Shown here one piece after another: positions 37,429-46,053 of a stretch of 64,000 nt of DNA (its first letter is position 1; each line of letters opens with the position of its first letter). This DNA comes from a virus. Lineage: Duplodnaviria > Caudoviricetes. The position numbers and the translations under genes were made by a program. The notes beneath the pieces were generated by a model. That model was not told the origin of the DNA. It made no database searches and saw only the letters and a program-made list of their open reading frames with translations. Location of the stretch: the IMG/VR virus record IMGVR_UViG_3300025383_000009. One strand, 5' to 3'.

Positions 37429-38116
37429 TAGGTATCACGAAGTAGTTCACGAATATGTCACGCTTAATCTCTTGATGCACACTATGTATCTTGTAGTTAT
37501 TATCTATAAGCCATTGATCAAAGTCTTCATAGTTTTGTTTGGATACTTCTATGAACATCTTTGGTCTACACCTATCGATAGTTTCTTTTAGACCAGCAAG
37601 AGCTACCATCTCCATGCGCTCTACGTCCATCTTAATAAAATTAACATCGATGTCTTTAAACAATGAATCACCTGTTACTACACGGACAGGTTCAAGAGCT
37701 AAATCATTCTCGCTGTCATATAGAGTAGGACTGATGGTCGCTGCACCTAAGTTGTCTTTACCATATATTAAATGTGGGTAACCAACGCACTCTCTATCTC
37801 CCAGTGCTAGTCCAATAAAATCTAAGTTGACGTTATGACAATAGTTCAGAGCTACGTTAGCAAGCAACAACCTATAGGAGCGTGGGACTGGTTCAACGAC
37901 ATAAATGGTCTTAGCGTCTGTGAACTTACTGAAGTAAACAGTATGATTACCGATGTTAGCACCAATGTCTATCAATACTGTATCAGCATCGATGTGCTGC
38001 TTCATGAACTCTAGTTCCTGTATCTCAAAGAACCTATTATTGACTAGATGAGATTGTATGATATCTTTTGGATTATCTAGTATCCATCTCATGTCTTTTT
38101 TGATTTCATAACTCAT
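37406..38116 (-). CDS. FkbM-family methyltransferase
   Basis: IDIGANIGNHTVYF, VEPVPRSY, FIKMDVERME. Confidence 0.9.
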   Translation of the reverse strand: MSYEIKKDMRWILDNPKDIIQSHLVNNRFFEIQELEFMKQHIDADTVLIDIGANIGNHTVYFSKFTDAKTIYVVEPVPRSYRLLLANVALNYCHNVNLDFIGLALGDRECVGYPHLIYGKDNLGAATISPTLYDSENDLALEPVRVVTGDSLFKDIDVNFIKMDVERMEMVALAGLKETIDRCRPKMFIEVSKQNYEDFDQWLIDNNYKIHSVHQEIKRDIFVNYFVIPNESPSNS

Positions 38117-38676
38117 CGTGTACTCACCTTTTCTTTATTAACGTACCACTTGATATGGTACTCAACGACTACATTATTAAACGTCCTTGCTGTATAGTCA
38201 CACTGTTCTTCAGTCATCTCTTTAAATCTTGGTAACCAATACTCGTCTAACACTGGTTGATAATCTAATACATACATGTCTACATTATATATGAACCCTA
38301 TTGGTGTCTCAGTTCCACCCGCATCCATGTCTTTTTGGTTTCGTGTCTTAGAGAACATATCAAGGGTATGTGGATAGATAGGACGCCTGTGTGTGGGGTC
38401 TATGAGGAAAGTATCATGGTTGGGGTGTGGGACATGGACATCGATGATCGTGCCGTGCTTACATACTCGGTATAGCTCTTGTACGCAGTTGAAGAACCCT
38501 TGACCAAGGTGTTCTAGGATATGATGTGCTATGACTCCATCAATAGAGTCATCATCAAATGGGAGTCTTTCATTCTCGATATCGACAACAAAGTCTGGAT
38601 TAGATCCAGCATCGATGTCTATATTCAAGTAACCAGGATATCGTTTAGTACCAGAACCAAGATTTATCTTCATCAT
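38113..38676 (-). CDS. Class I SAM-dependent methyltransferase (type 11-like)
   Basis: INLGSGTK, LNIDI, LPFDDDSID, HHILEHL, ELYRVCK. Confidence 0.85.
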   Translation of the reverse strand: MMKINLGSGTKRYPGYLNIDIDAGSNPDFVVDIENERLPFDDDSIDGVIAHHILEHLGQGFFNCVQELYRVCKHGTIIDVHVPHPNHDTFLIDPTHRRPIYPHTLDMFSKTRNQKDMDAGGTETPIGFIYNVDMYVLDYQPVLDEYWLPRFKEMTEEQCDYTARTFNNVVVEYHIKWYVNKEKVSTR

Positions 38677-38692
38677 TCACCTTTTATTTCAT

Positions 38693-38721
38693 ATTATATA
38701 CCATATTATATATAATGTAAA
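38693..38721 (-). promoter_or_regulatory. Early promoter TTTACA-N17-TATAAT heading the first modification operon
   Basis: Exact spacing. Confidence 0.7.
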
Positions 38722-38726
38722 ATTAT

Positions 38727-39911
38727 TTATGTGATGCTTGTTAACGCGGCCATATGACTATAAAATTTTCCAGATCCCACCGACTTCCAGTTAGTACCAC
38801 CCGCGACAGTCTGGACTGGGCTGGATCTATGAGTTGTAGTATTATCACCTAGTGTACCATTACTGTTGTTACCCCAGGTCCATAATGTGCCATCTGTCTT
38901 GATGGCTGCTGAGTAATAAGCACCACATGCTACTAGTTTCCAGTTAGTACCACCAGCAACAGTCTGGATTGGACTGGATCTATGGACTAAAGTATTGTCA
39001 CCTAGTGTACCATAGCCATAATAATTACCTCCCCAGAGCCATAATGTGCCATCTGTCTTGATGGCTGCTGTATGATAGGATCCACATGCTACTAGGTTCC
39101 AGTTAGTGCCACCTGCGACGGTCTGGATAGGACTAGATCTATGGACTTTAGTATTGTCACCTAGTTGACCAGCGTTATTATCACCCCAAAGCCATAAAGT
39201 ACCATCAGTCTTAACAGCCGCTGTATAAGTTGATCCACACGCAACCTGTTTCCAATTAGTGCCACCAGCTACGGTTTGGATAGGACTAGATACAAGGGTT
39301 GTAGTATTGTTACCTAGTTGACCATAGCTACCAAGCCCCCATGTCCATAGCGTACCGTCTGTCTTAATGGCTGTTGTAAAATTGCTTCCAGCTGCGACTT
39401 GTTTCCAGATAGCTCCACCGGCTACTGTTTGAACCGGACTAGATTTACGAACACTCGTATTGTCACCCAGTTGACCAAAGGGGTTCTGTCCCCAAGTCCA
39501 TAGTGTGCCATCAGTCTTGATGGCTGCTGTATATAAAGATCCACAAGCCACTTGTTTCCAGTTAGTGCCACCAGAAACAGTCTGGACAGGACTGGATCTA
39601 TGGGTTATGGTATTGTCACCTAGTCCACCATAGCTGTTTTGTCCCCAAAGCCATAGTGTACCGTCTGTCTTGATGGATGATGTATGATATTGTCCACCTG
39701 CTACTAGTTTCCAAATAGTACTACCAGCAATAGTTTGGACTGGACTAGATCTAGGAGTTGTAGTATTGTCACCTAAAGTTCCAATGTTGAAGTTATATCC
39801 CCAAAGCCATAAACCCGCATCAGAGAACAAGTTGATGTTGACAAAGGCATCAGCGAAGTCTGCTGGATATCCGCCGTTATTAAACTTAAAGTTAGTTGGG
39901 TTCTTTGCCAT
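38727..39911 (-). CDS. RCC1/BLIP-II repeat beta-propeller protein (7 repeats)
   Basis: Seven ~52-aa repeats W(K/N)xVAxG...IKTDGTLWxWG.N..GxLGDNT...SSPVQT. Confidence 0.9.
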   Translation of the reverse strand: MAKNPTNFKFNNGGYPADFADAFVNINLFSDAGLWLWGYNFNIGTLGDNTTTPRSSPVQTIAGSTIWKLVAGGQYHTSSIKTDGTLWLWGQNSYGGLGDNTITHRSSPVQTVSGGTNWKQVACGSLYTAAIKTDGTLWTWGQNPFGQLGDNTSVRKSSPVQTVAGGAIWKQVAAGSNFTTAIKTDGTLWTWGLGSYGQLGNNTTTLVSSPIQTVAGGTNWKQVACGSTYTAAVKTDGTLWLWGDNNAGQLGDNTKVHRSSPIQTVAGGTNWNLVACGSYHTAAIKTDGTLWLWGGNYYGYGTLGDNTLVHRSSPIQTVAGGTNWKLVACGAYYSAAIKTDGTLWTWGNNSNGTLGDNTTTHRSSPVQTVAGGTNWKSVGSGKFYSHMAALTSIT

Positions 39912-40404
39912 CTTTTTCTCTTAACCTAAATGTTTGTATTAGTCCTGAGTCAAACGAATGAAACAGCCATGGTCTAAACATCACGCCTTGTCCTGGTTTT
40001 AATAAGTAGTTTATCGTTAAGTCCCATGCAAATAAATCTCTGTAAGGTAACTCATGCCCTTCTAATGCGTTCTTTGGACCTTTCAAGCTCTCGTATACGT
40101 TGAAGGTACTGTTATCAAGAGCTACAGCAAACACCCATTCATTTAGTGTATCAAAGCCCTCAAAGTGTATGAATAAGCTAGGATACCTAAACCTACCCGA
40201 GTATTCCTCTAACACTTCTACCTCTGCACCTAGTATAGCACTAAACTGTTCGTTGGCATCAGGCGCTATCAGGTAAAATTCTGGTATCTCCTTACCAAAC
40301 TCTGACTCTTTGTACTGGAGATCTCGCACACAGTTATGCATCTGTGTCGCTTGGTCCTGATTAAAGAACCCGTCTATAGTAACGATCTTGACCAGAGGAT
40401 GCAT
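39892..40404 (-). CDS. DUF6445-like oxygenase-fold protein
   Basis: IDGFFNQ...IHFEGF...GQGVMFRPWLFHS. Confidence 0.55.
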   Translation of the reverse strand: MHPLVKIVTIDGFFNQDQATQMHNCVRDLQYKESEFGKEIPEFYLIAPDANEQFSAILGAEVEVLEEYSGRFRYPSLFIHFEGFDTLNEWVFAVALDNSTFNVYESLKGPKNALEGHELPYRDLFAWDLTINYLLKPGQGVMFRPWLFHSFDSGLIQTFRLREKDGKEPN

Positions 40405-41612
40405 TACATGTCGTCCATCGAGTCATCACGGATGCATGCTGTATGATAGACTCCAGCTGTCACTAGTATCCAGTTAGTGCCACCTGAAACAGTCTGGATA
40501 GGACTGGATCTATGGACTATACTAGAACCATCACCTAGTTGACCTTGGCTGTTATGTCCCCAGGTCCATAGTGTACCATCTGTCTTGATGGCTGCTGTAT
40601 GATAGAATCCACTCGCTACTTGTTTCCAGTTAGTACCACTAGCAATAGTCTGGACAGGACTGGATTTAGCGGCTGCAGTATTATCACCTAGTTGACCATA
40701 GGTGTTATATCCCCAGAGCCATAGTGTACCGTCAGTCTTGATGGATATTGTATAATACCGTCCACATGCCACCTGTTTCCAATTAGTACCACCGGCAACA
40801 GTCTGGATAGGACTGGATTTAGCGGCTGCAGTATTATCACCTAGTGCTCCATAGAAGTTATTTCCCCAGGTCCATAGTGTACCATCGGTCTTGATGCATG
40901 CTGTATGATAGGTTCCACCTGCCACCTGTTTCCAGTTAGTACCACCAGCAACAGTCTGGACAGGACTGGATTTAGGAACTGTAGTATTATCACCTAGTTG
41001 ACCATAGGTGTTATATCCCCAGAGCCATAAGGTACCGTCTGTCTTGATGCATGCTGTATGATATTGTCCACCCGCCACTTGTTTCCAGTTAGTACCACCA
41101 GCAACAGTCTGGACAGGACTGGATTTAGCGGCTGCAGTATTATCACCTAGTGCACCAACGCCGTTATGTCCCCAGGTCCATAGGGTACCGTCTGTCTTGA
41201 TGCATGCTGTATGATAGTAACCGCCCGCCACTTGTTTCCAGTTAGTACCACCAGCAATAGTCTGGATAGGACTGGATCTATGGACTATACTAGAACCATC
41301 ACCTAGTTGACCATAGGCGTTCTGTCCCCAGGTCCATAGTGTACCATCGGTCTTGATGCATGCTGTATGACCGTAGCCACCCGCCACCTGTTTCCAGTTA
41401 GTACCACCAGCAACAGTCTGGACAGGACTGGATTTAGCGGCCGCAGTATTATCACCTAGTGCACCAAGGGAGTTAAATCCCCAGAGCCACAACCCAGCAA
41501 ACCTGAAAGTATCGACTAGTTCAGGATACCTGTCTATGAGGTATGACTTCTCGACCAATGTTGACCCGATGTCAATACCGGCACTATTCTTATAGTTGGT
41601 GGTTAATCCCAT
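40404..41612 (-). CDS. RCC1 repeat beta-propeller protein (7 repeats)
   Basis: Seven TNWKQV-type repeats. Confidence 0.9.
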   Translation of the reverse strand: MGLTTNYKNSAGIDIGSTLVEKSYLIDRYPELVDTFRFAGLWLWGFNSLGALGDNTAAAKSSPVQTVAGGTNWKQVAGGYGHTACIKTDGTLWTWGQNAYGQLGDGSSIVHRSSPIQTIAGGTNWKQVAGGYYHTACIKTDGTLWTWGHNGVGALGDNTAAAKSSPVQTVAGGTNWKQVAGGQYHTACIKTDGTLWLWGYNTYGQLGDNTTVPKSSPVQTVAGGTNWKQVAGGTYHTACIKTDGTLWTWGNNFYGALGDNTAAAKSSPIQTVAGGTNWKQVACGRYYTISIKTDGTLWLWGYNTYGQLGDNTAAAKSSPVQTIASGTNWKQVASGFYHTAAIKTDGTLWTWGHNSQGQLGDGSSIVHRSSPIQTVSGGTNWILVTAGVYHTACIRDDSMDDM

Positions 41613-41615
41613 GGT

Positions 41616-42239
41616 TTACTCGGTTATGTTGATACCAGCTAAGTCTTCTGAACTAGCACAAGCATCGATAGCTTGTAGCTTGGTGTATTCCCAGTCAAAA
41701 GATGATTGTACGTGTACTAACACTGTAGACAACACTGTCTGAACATCAGAAGGAGCCAATGTTACCCATGTCTCTCTGTCTTGTTTCCAGTTGATGTTAT
41801 CGGTACTAGCTTGTGCGTTCATTAAGACAAGACGTGTAGCTCTGTCAGTACCGAAACTATAGTCAGTCCCGTTTAAGTTTACTGTAACACCGCTGTTTTC
41901 TTTGGTCCATCGTTCTGCTGCGACTCGGTCTTTTAGCATAGCCTTGGCTGCGTCTAATGGTAGAGGTTGTACAATGTAACTCATGATAGCTACGGTGTCT
42001 GTGAATTCCCAGAATGGACCATGTAACATCTCTATCGTGGGGTTGAACTCGGGATTCTCTGTACCTTGGACTGGTAGGATCTTGATGTTATCTGATACTG
42101 TGATAGGGTCTAAGTTATCATTAGTAGCAGGCAAAGTAGTATCTACCTCACACTCCTCTAAGATAGTGTTCTCAAACTTAAATCGGCTCCAACGCATCGG
42201 GCCTAAGATTACTGTGTTATCGTGAACTATTACAAACAT
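41616..42239 (-). CDS. DUF4376-type tail-fibre assembly/chaperone-like protein
   Basis: LKDRVAAERWTKENSGV...TDRATR...INWK...WVTL...VHVQSSFDWE. Confidence 0.7.
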   Translation of the reverse strand: MFVIVHDNTVILGPMRWSRFKFENTILEECEVDTTLPATNDNLDPITVSDNIKILPVQGTENPEFNPTIEMLHGPFWEFTDTVAIMSYIVQPLPLDAAKAMLKDRVAAERWTKENSGVTVNLNGTDYSFGTDRATRLVLMNAQASTDNINWKQDRETWVTLAPSDVQTVLSTVLVHVQSSFDWEYTKLQAIDACASSEDLAGINITE

Positions 42240-42253
42240 TTTTATTTTCCTTT

Positions 42254-43456
42254 TTAACTTGATGGGTATAGTTTTCCTGCTTCGTAGAAGAATACGGCTG
42301 CTGTATACACTCCACCCGCCACCTGTTTCCAGTTAGTACCGCCAGCAATAGTCTGGATAGGACTGGATTTACTGACTAGAGTGTTGTCGCCTAGGTAACC
42401 TTGGGCGTTATTTCCCCAGATCCATAGTGTACCATCGGTCTTGATAGCTGCTGTAGCACCAAGATTAGCCACCTGTTTCCAGTTAGTACCACCAGCAACA
42501 GTTTGCACAGGACTGGATTTATCGACTACAGTATTGTCACCTAGTTGACCAACGATGTTATATCCCCAGATCCATAGTGTACCGTCCGTCTTGATAGCTG
42601 CTATATTATAGCCTCCACCTGCCAACTGTTTCCAGTTAGTACCACTAGCAACAGTCTGGACAGGACTGGATTTATTGACTATAGTGTTGTCACCTAATTG
42701 GCCATTGGAGTTCTGTCCCCAGGTCCATAGTGTACCATCTGTCTTGATAGCTGCTATATAAGAGATTCCACTTACCACCTGTTTCCAGTTAGTACCGCCA
42801 GCAATAGTCTGGATAGGACTAGATCTATGGGTTATACTAGTACCATCACCTAGTTGACCTTGTTGGTTCCATCCCCAGGTCCATAGTGTACCATCTGTCT
42901 TGATAGCTGCTGTATTAGTATATCCACAACCCACCTGTTTCCAGTTAGTACCACCAGCAACAGTCTGGACAGGGCTGGATTTTAGGCTTGCAGTATTGTC
43001 ACCTAGTTGACCATATAAGTTATGTCCCCAGGTCCATAGTGTACCATCTGTCTTGATAGCTGCTGTATGATATTGTCCACCTGCCACCTGTTTCCAGTTA
43101 GTACCACCAGAAACAGTTTGGATAGGACTAGATCTATGGGTTATACTAGAACCATCACCTAGTGCACCATAGGTGTTACGTCCCCAGGTCCATAGCGTAC
43201 CATCTGTCTTGATACATGCTATATGATAGTTTCCACCCGCCACTAGTTTCCAGTTAGTACCACCAGCAACAGTTTGCACAGGACTGGATTTATCGGCTGC
43301 ATTAGTAAGTGCTGCAGTATTGTCACCTAGTTGACCATAGGTGTTACGTCCCCAGGTCCACAGTGTTCCAGTCGCAGCGTACTGGTCGATCATAGCATAG
43401 TCGGTGACGAATAGCTGTTCTAGGTCGCCTTGACGGCTTTGGAATTGTCCGGCCAT
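42254..43456 (-). CDS. RCC1 repeat beta-propeller protein (7 repeats)
   Basis: Seven TNWKQV-type repeats. Confidence 0.9.
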   Translation of the reverse strand: MAGQFQSRQGDLEQLFVTDYAMIDQYAATGTLWTWGRNTYGQLGDNTAALTNAADKSSPVQTVAGGTNWKLVAGGNYHIACIKTDGTLWTWGRNTYGALGDGSSITHRSSPIQTVSGGTNWKQVAGGQYHTAAIKTDGTLWTWGHNLYGQLGDNTASLKSSPVQTVAGGTNWKQVGCGYTNTAAIKTDGTLWTWGWNQQGQLGDGTSITHRSSPIQTIAGGTNWKQVVSGISYIAAIKTDGTLWTWGQNSNGQLGDNTIVNKSSPVQTVASGTNWKQLAGGGYNIAAIKTDGTLWIWGYNIVGQLGDNTVVDKSSPVQTVAGGTNWKQVANLGATAAIKTDGTLWIWGNNAQGYLGDNTLVSKSSPIQTIAGGTNWKQVAGGVYTAAVFFYEAGKLYPSS

Positions 43457-43579
43457 CCTATGCTCCTACAACTTTAATGCTTATATTAAACTGCATGTAT
43501 TATATCATCCTGTTGTTAACCAGAATATCAATAATAAAGGTACACCGCCACTTATATTAGGTTATATTTGTTATCCTAT

Positions 43580-43587
43580 TATTTATA
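43580..43587 (-). promoter_or_regulatory. Late promoter TATAAATA heading the RCC1 operon
   Basis: Exact consensus. Confidence 0.7.
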
Positions 43588-43598
43588 AGAAAAACTAC

Positions 43599-44765
43599 CT
43601 AGTACTTGCGACCAGGATACTTCTTAAGTGCATAGTCCATGTCTGTACGACCAGGATTCTCTTCGTACCAGCCTTTACCAGTATGGATATTAAGCACGGC
43701 TTGGAAGTATTCCTCATACATCTTAGCCACATGATCTAATGAGAAGTTATTGATAGCCCAATCTCTACAGTCTTGAGGTTTGATACGATCGATGTTCTTG
43801 AGAGCCCATACGAACTCTTCAAACGTACGGCATCTGTAACCTGTAACACCATGGATATTGTTTTCTGTGAATGAACCCCAGTCAGTGGTGATGGTTGGTG
43901 TACCAGAGAATAAGTTCTCGATCTGTACTCCACCAAATGGCTCAACGTACATAGAAGCGACCATAGAGACTTTAGCTTTTGACATAAGCTCTCTGCGTTT
44001 CTCTACGTCTGCATAACCGATGAACTCTACATGAGATGGGATCTCTTTATAACCACATGCTTGTAGGTTATTCTGACCTGCAACCTTAAGTTTCATGCCA
44101 GCTTTCTCTGTAGCCTGGATAGCTATATGGATACCTTTACCTTCATACACTCGACCTAAGAATAAGCAGTAGTCTTCCTTAGTTTCAGGTGCAAAAGTAA
44201 AGTCATCTGGGTTGAAATAATTTGGTATTACTGTGTCATAGAAGTTGTTTTTACATGTACCGACAGCCTCAAGACCATAGTATGCATGCATGATAGCATA
44301 TGATTCAAAGATCTTAAACCTTGCCCAGTGTCCACCAGCGTATCCGATACCGGGTTCTACGCAAATTAAGTCTGGATGTGCATCACACACTGGACGAGTA
44401 CCTGATCCCCAGAATGGTAAAATAAAATCGTGTTTTTGTTTTCTAAGTCCTACTTCTCGAATCGCGTTTTTGTAAAATGTCTGATAAGCATGGTCGTTTG
44501 TGGCAAACTTGAAGAAGTTCTTACGCCAATCATAAGAACCATATGCTATCTCTAGATCTTTATTAGTAGTAACTGTAACGTGTTCAGTGGCTTCAACAAT
44601 TGAATCTTCATGACCATAATGAATCACTTCATGACCGCGTTCGGTCATCATCTTACAGAACTTTAGAACTTTCATTGTATATGCACAGGCCACATATTCT
44701 GGAGAAGTTACTGTATGAGGGAGGCCTAGTGCATGGAATCTAAATTTATTACTCATTGTTATCAC
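43599..44765 (-). CDS. GT4 (GT-B) glycosyltransferase
   Basis: LFLGRVYEGKGIHIA, LKVAGQ, SMYVEPFGGVQIENLFSGTPTITTDWGSF. Confidence 0.9.
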   Translation of the reverse strand: MITMSNKFRFHALGLPHTVTSPEYVACAYTMKVLKFCKMMTERGHEVIHYGHEDSIVEATEHVTVTTNKDLEIAYGSYDWRKNFFKFATNDHAYQTFYKNAIREVGLRKQKHDFILPFWGSGTRPVCDAHPDLICVEPGIGYAGGHWARFKIFESYAIMHAYYGLEAVGTCKNNFYDTVIPNYFNPDDFTFAPETKEDYCLFLGRVYEGKGIHIAIQATEKAGMKLKVAGQNNLQACGYKEIPSHVEFIGYADVEKRRELMSKAKVSMVASMYVEPFGGVQIENLFSGTPTITTDWGSFTENNIHGVTGYRCRTFEEFVWALKNIDRIKPQDCRDWAINNFSLDHVAKMYEEYFQAVLNIHTGKGWYEENPGRTDMDYALKKYPGRKY

Positions 44766-45429
44766 CTTTTAATTTACAATTATTGAAATGCCATCTATAC
44801 ATGTTATTTGAACCGCCTAACATGTTACAGTGGGGACATACTATTTTTGTTTTAGGTTTTCTCATGGCAATTTTTGCTTCTTCTGTCACTATCTTGCCTT
44901 TATGAGAATCACTAATCTTTTTCTTGGTTTCTTCTGAATGCATTATTACTTGTTTACTTCGTGCTGATTTTATTTTTGATTTAGTTTCTTCTGTTCTTTT
45001 TCTATCTTTTAATTTTGATTTAGTTTCTTCTTTACATGGTACACCTTTATTCCATGCAGCAAATCCTTTTCTTGCTTGACTCATTCTTTGTTTTTCTTCA
45101 TCTGTTCTTGGAATACCTTTATTCCATGGTGTAATACCAGGTATAGCACCATCTAATCCATTCTCTATCTTAAGATTAGCCCATTTGTCAGAGTTAACTA
45201 TGTCCATCTCTTCAGATATTAGTGTTGCAAACTCAACCAATTTACTTTTATCTGTAAATGGTTCAGAAACCCAAATCGTCTTAACATGATATAAACCATG
45301 TTTATTGATATGTCTAACCCAGTGTTTACCAGATCCTTGATACTTATATGGATCAGATTTAGTAGTCTTACCAAGATATCTCATCCCAGTAATACTATGT
45401 TCTTTTATATAAAGGTAAGTTGGTTTCAT
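44749..45429 (-). mobile_element. Free-standing homing endonuclease (GIY-YIG-like N-terminus, NUMOD3 repeats, C-terminal CPHC)
   Basis: TYLYIKEH..TGMRYLGKT...Y.GSG..W; WNKG repeats; HSEETKKKIS; CPHC...RWHFNNCK. Confidence 0.85.
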
Positions 45430-46053
45430 CTATTCCTTATAGTGTTCAAATAATTTTGTTATCAACGCTTTATGTGATAAAGCACCATTTAAACCTTTTA
45501 ACTCTACAACTTTTTCTGGCTTGTCTGCAAAGAACTCGTCTACTGCTTTCTTTACACCAGGCCAATATTCATCACCATAATCATCTACTAATATGACACC
45601 ACCAGGAACCACACGATCGTATATCAACTTAAGTGGATCCATTATACTTATATATAAATCCCCGTCAAGGTGTGCAAAGGAAATCTTTTCTGGTACTTGT
45701 TCTGGCTTGATATCACTGAACCAACCCTTACGTATATATGGTATTCTTATACCATCATAGGTAAAGTTCTCACATAGTAGATCGAGCGATGTCTTCATCT
45801 CACCCGGTAAGTTCTCTTCCGATTCTGGTAATCCTTCAAAGCTATCATATACATATAGCCATTTATCTGAGATGTATGATATCAACTTTGAGGTGTGACC
45901 GCAGTAGCAGCCAAACTCAACTATATCACCTTCAAGGTGTTGCGTCTCAAGCACATAATGACATATATGAACTATCCTTGAGAAGTCTTGCATCTCAAGT
46001 GTGTTCCTTAGTAAGACATCAGCCTTACGTGAAACGTTTATATCATGCGCCAT
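45430..46053 (-). CDS. TylF/MycF (macrocin O-methyltransferase) family protein
   Basis: GDIVEFGCYCG, YDSFEGLP, KGWFSD, AHLDGDLY, GGVILVDDY. Confidence 0.9.
   Translation of the reverse strand: MAHDINVSRKADVLLRNTLEMQDFSRIVHICHYVLETQHLEGDIVEFGCYCGHTSKLISYISDKWLYVYDSFEGLPESEENLPGEMKTSLDLLCENFTYDGIRIPYIRKGWFSDIKPEQVPEKISFAHLDGDLYISIMDPLKLIYDRVVPGGVILVDDYGDEYWPGVKKAVDEFFADKPEKVVELKGLNGALSHKALITKLFEHYKE

Noticed and set aside
38727-43456. Regular ~156-bp DNA repeats resembling a CRISPR array or DGR template/variable repeats
   Set aside because: The repeats are in-frame protein repeats with no unique spacers or cas genes. No reverse transcriptase or non-coding template copy was seen in the window.
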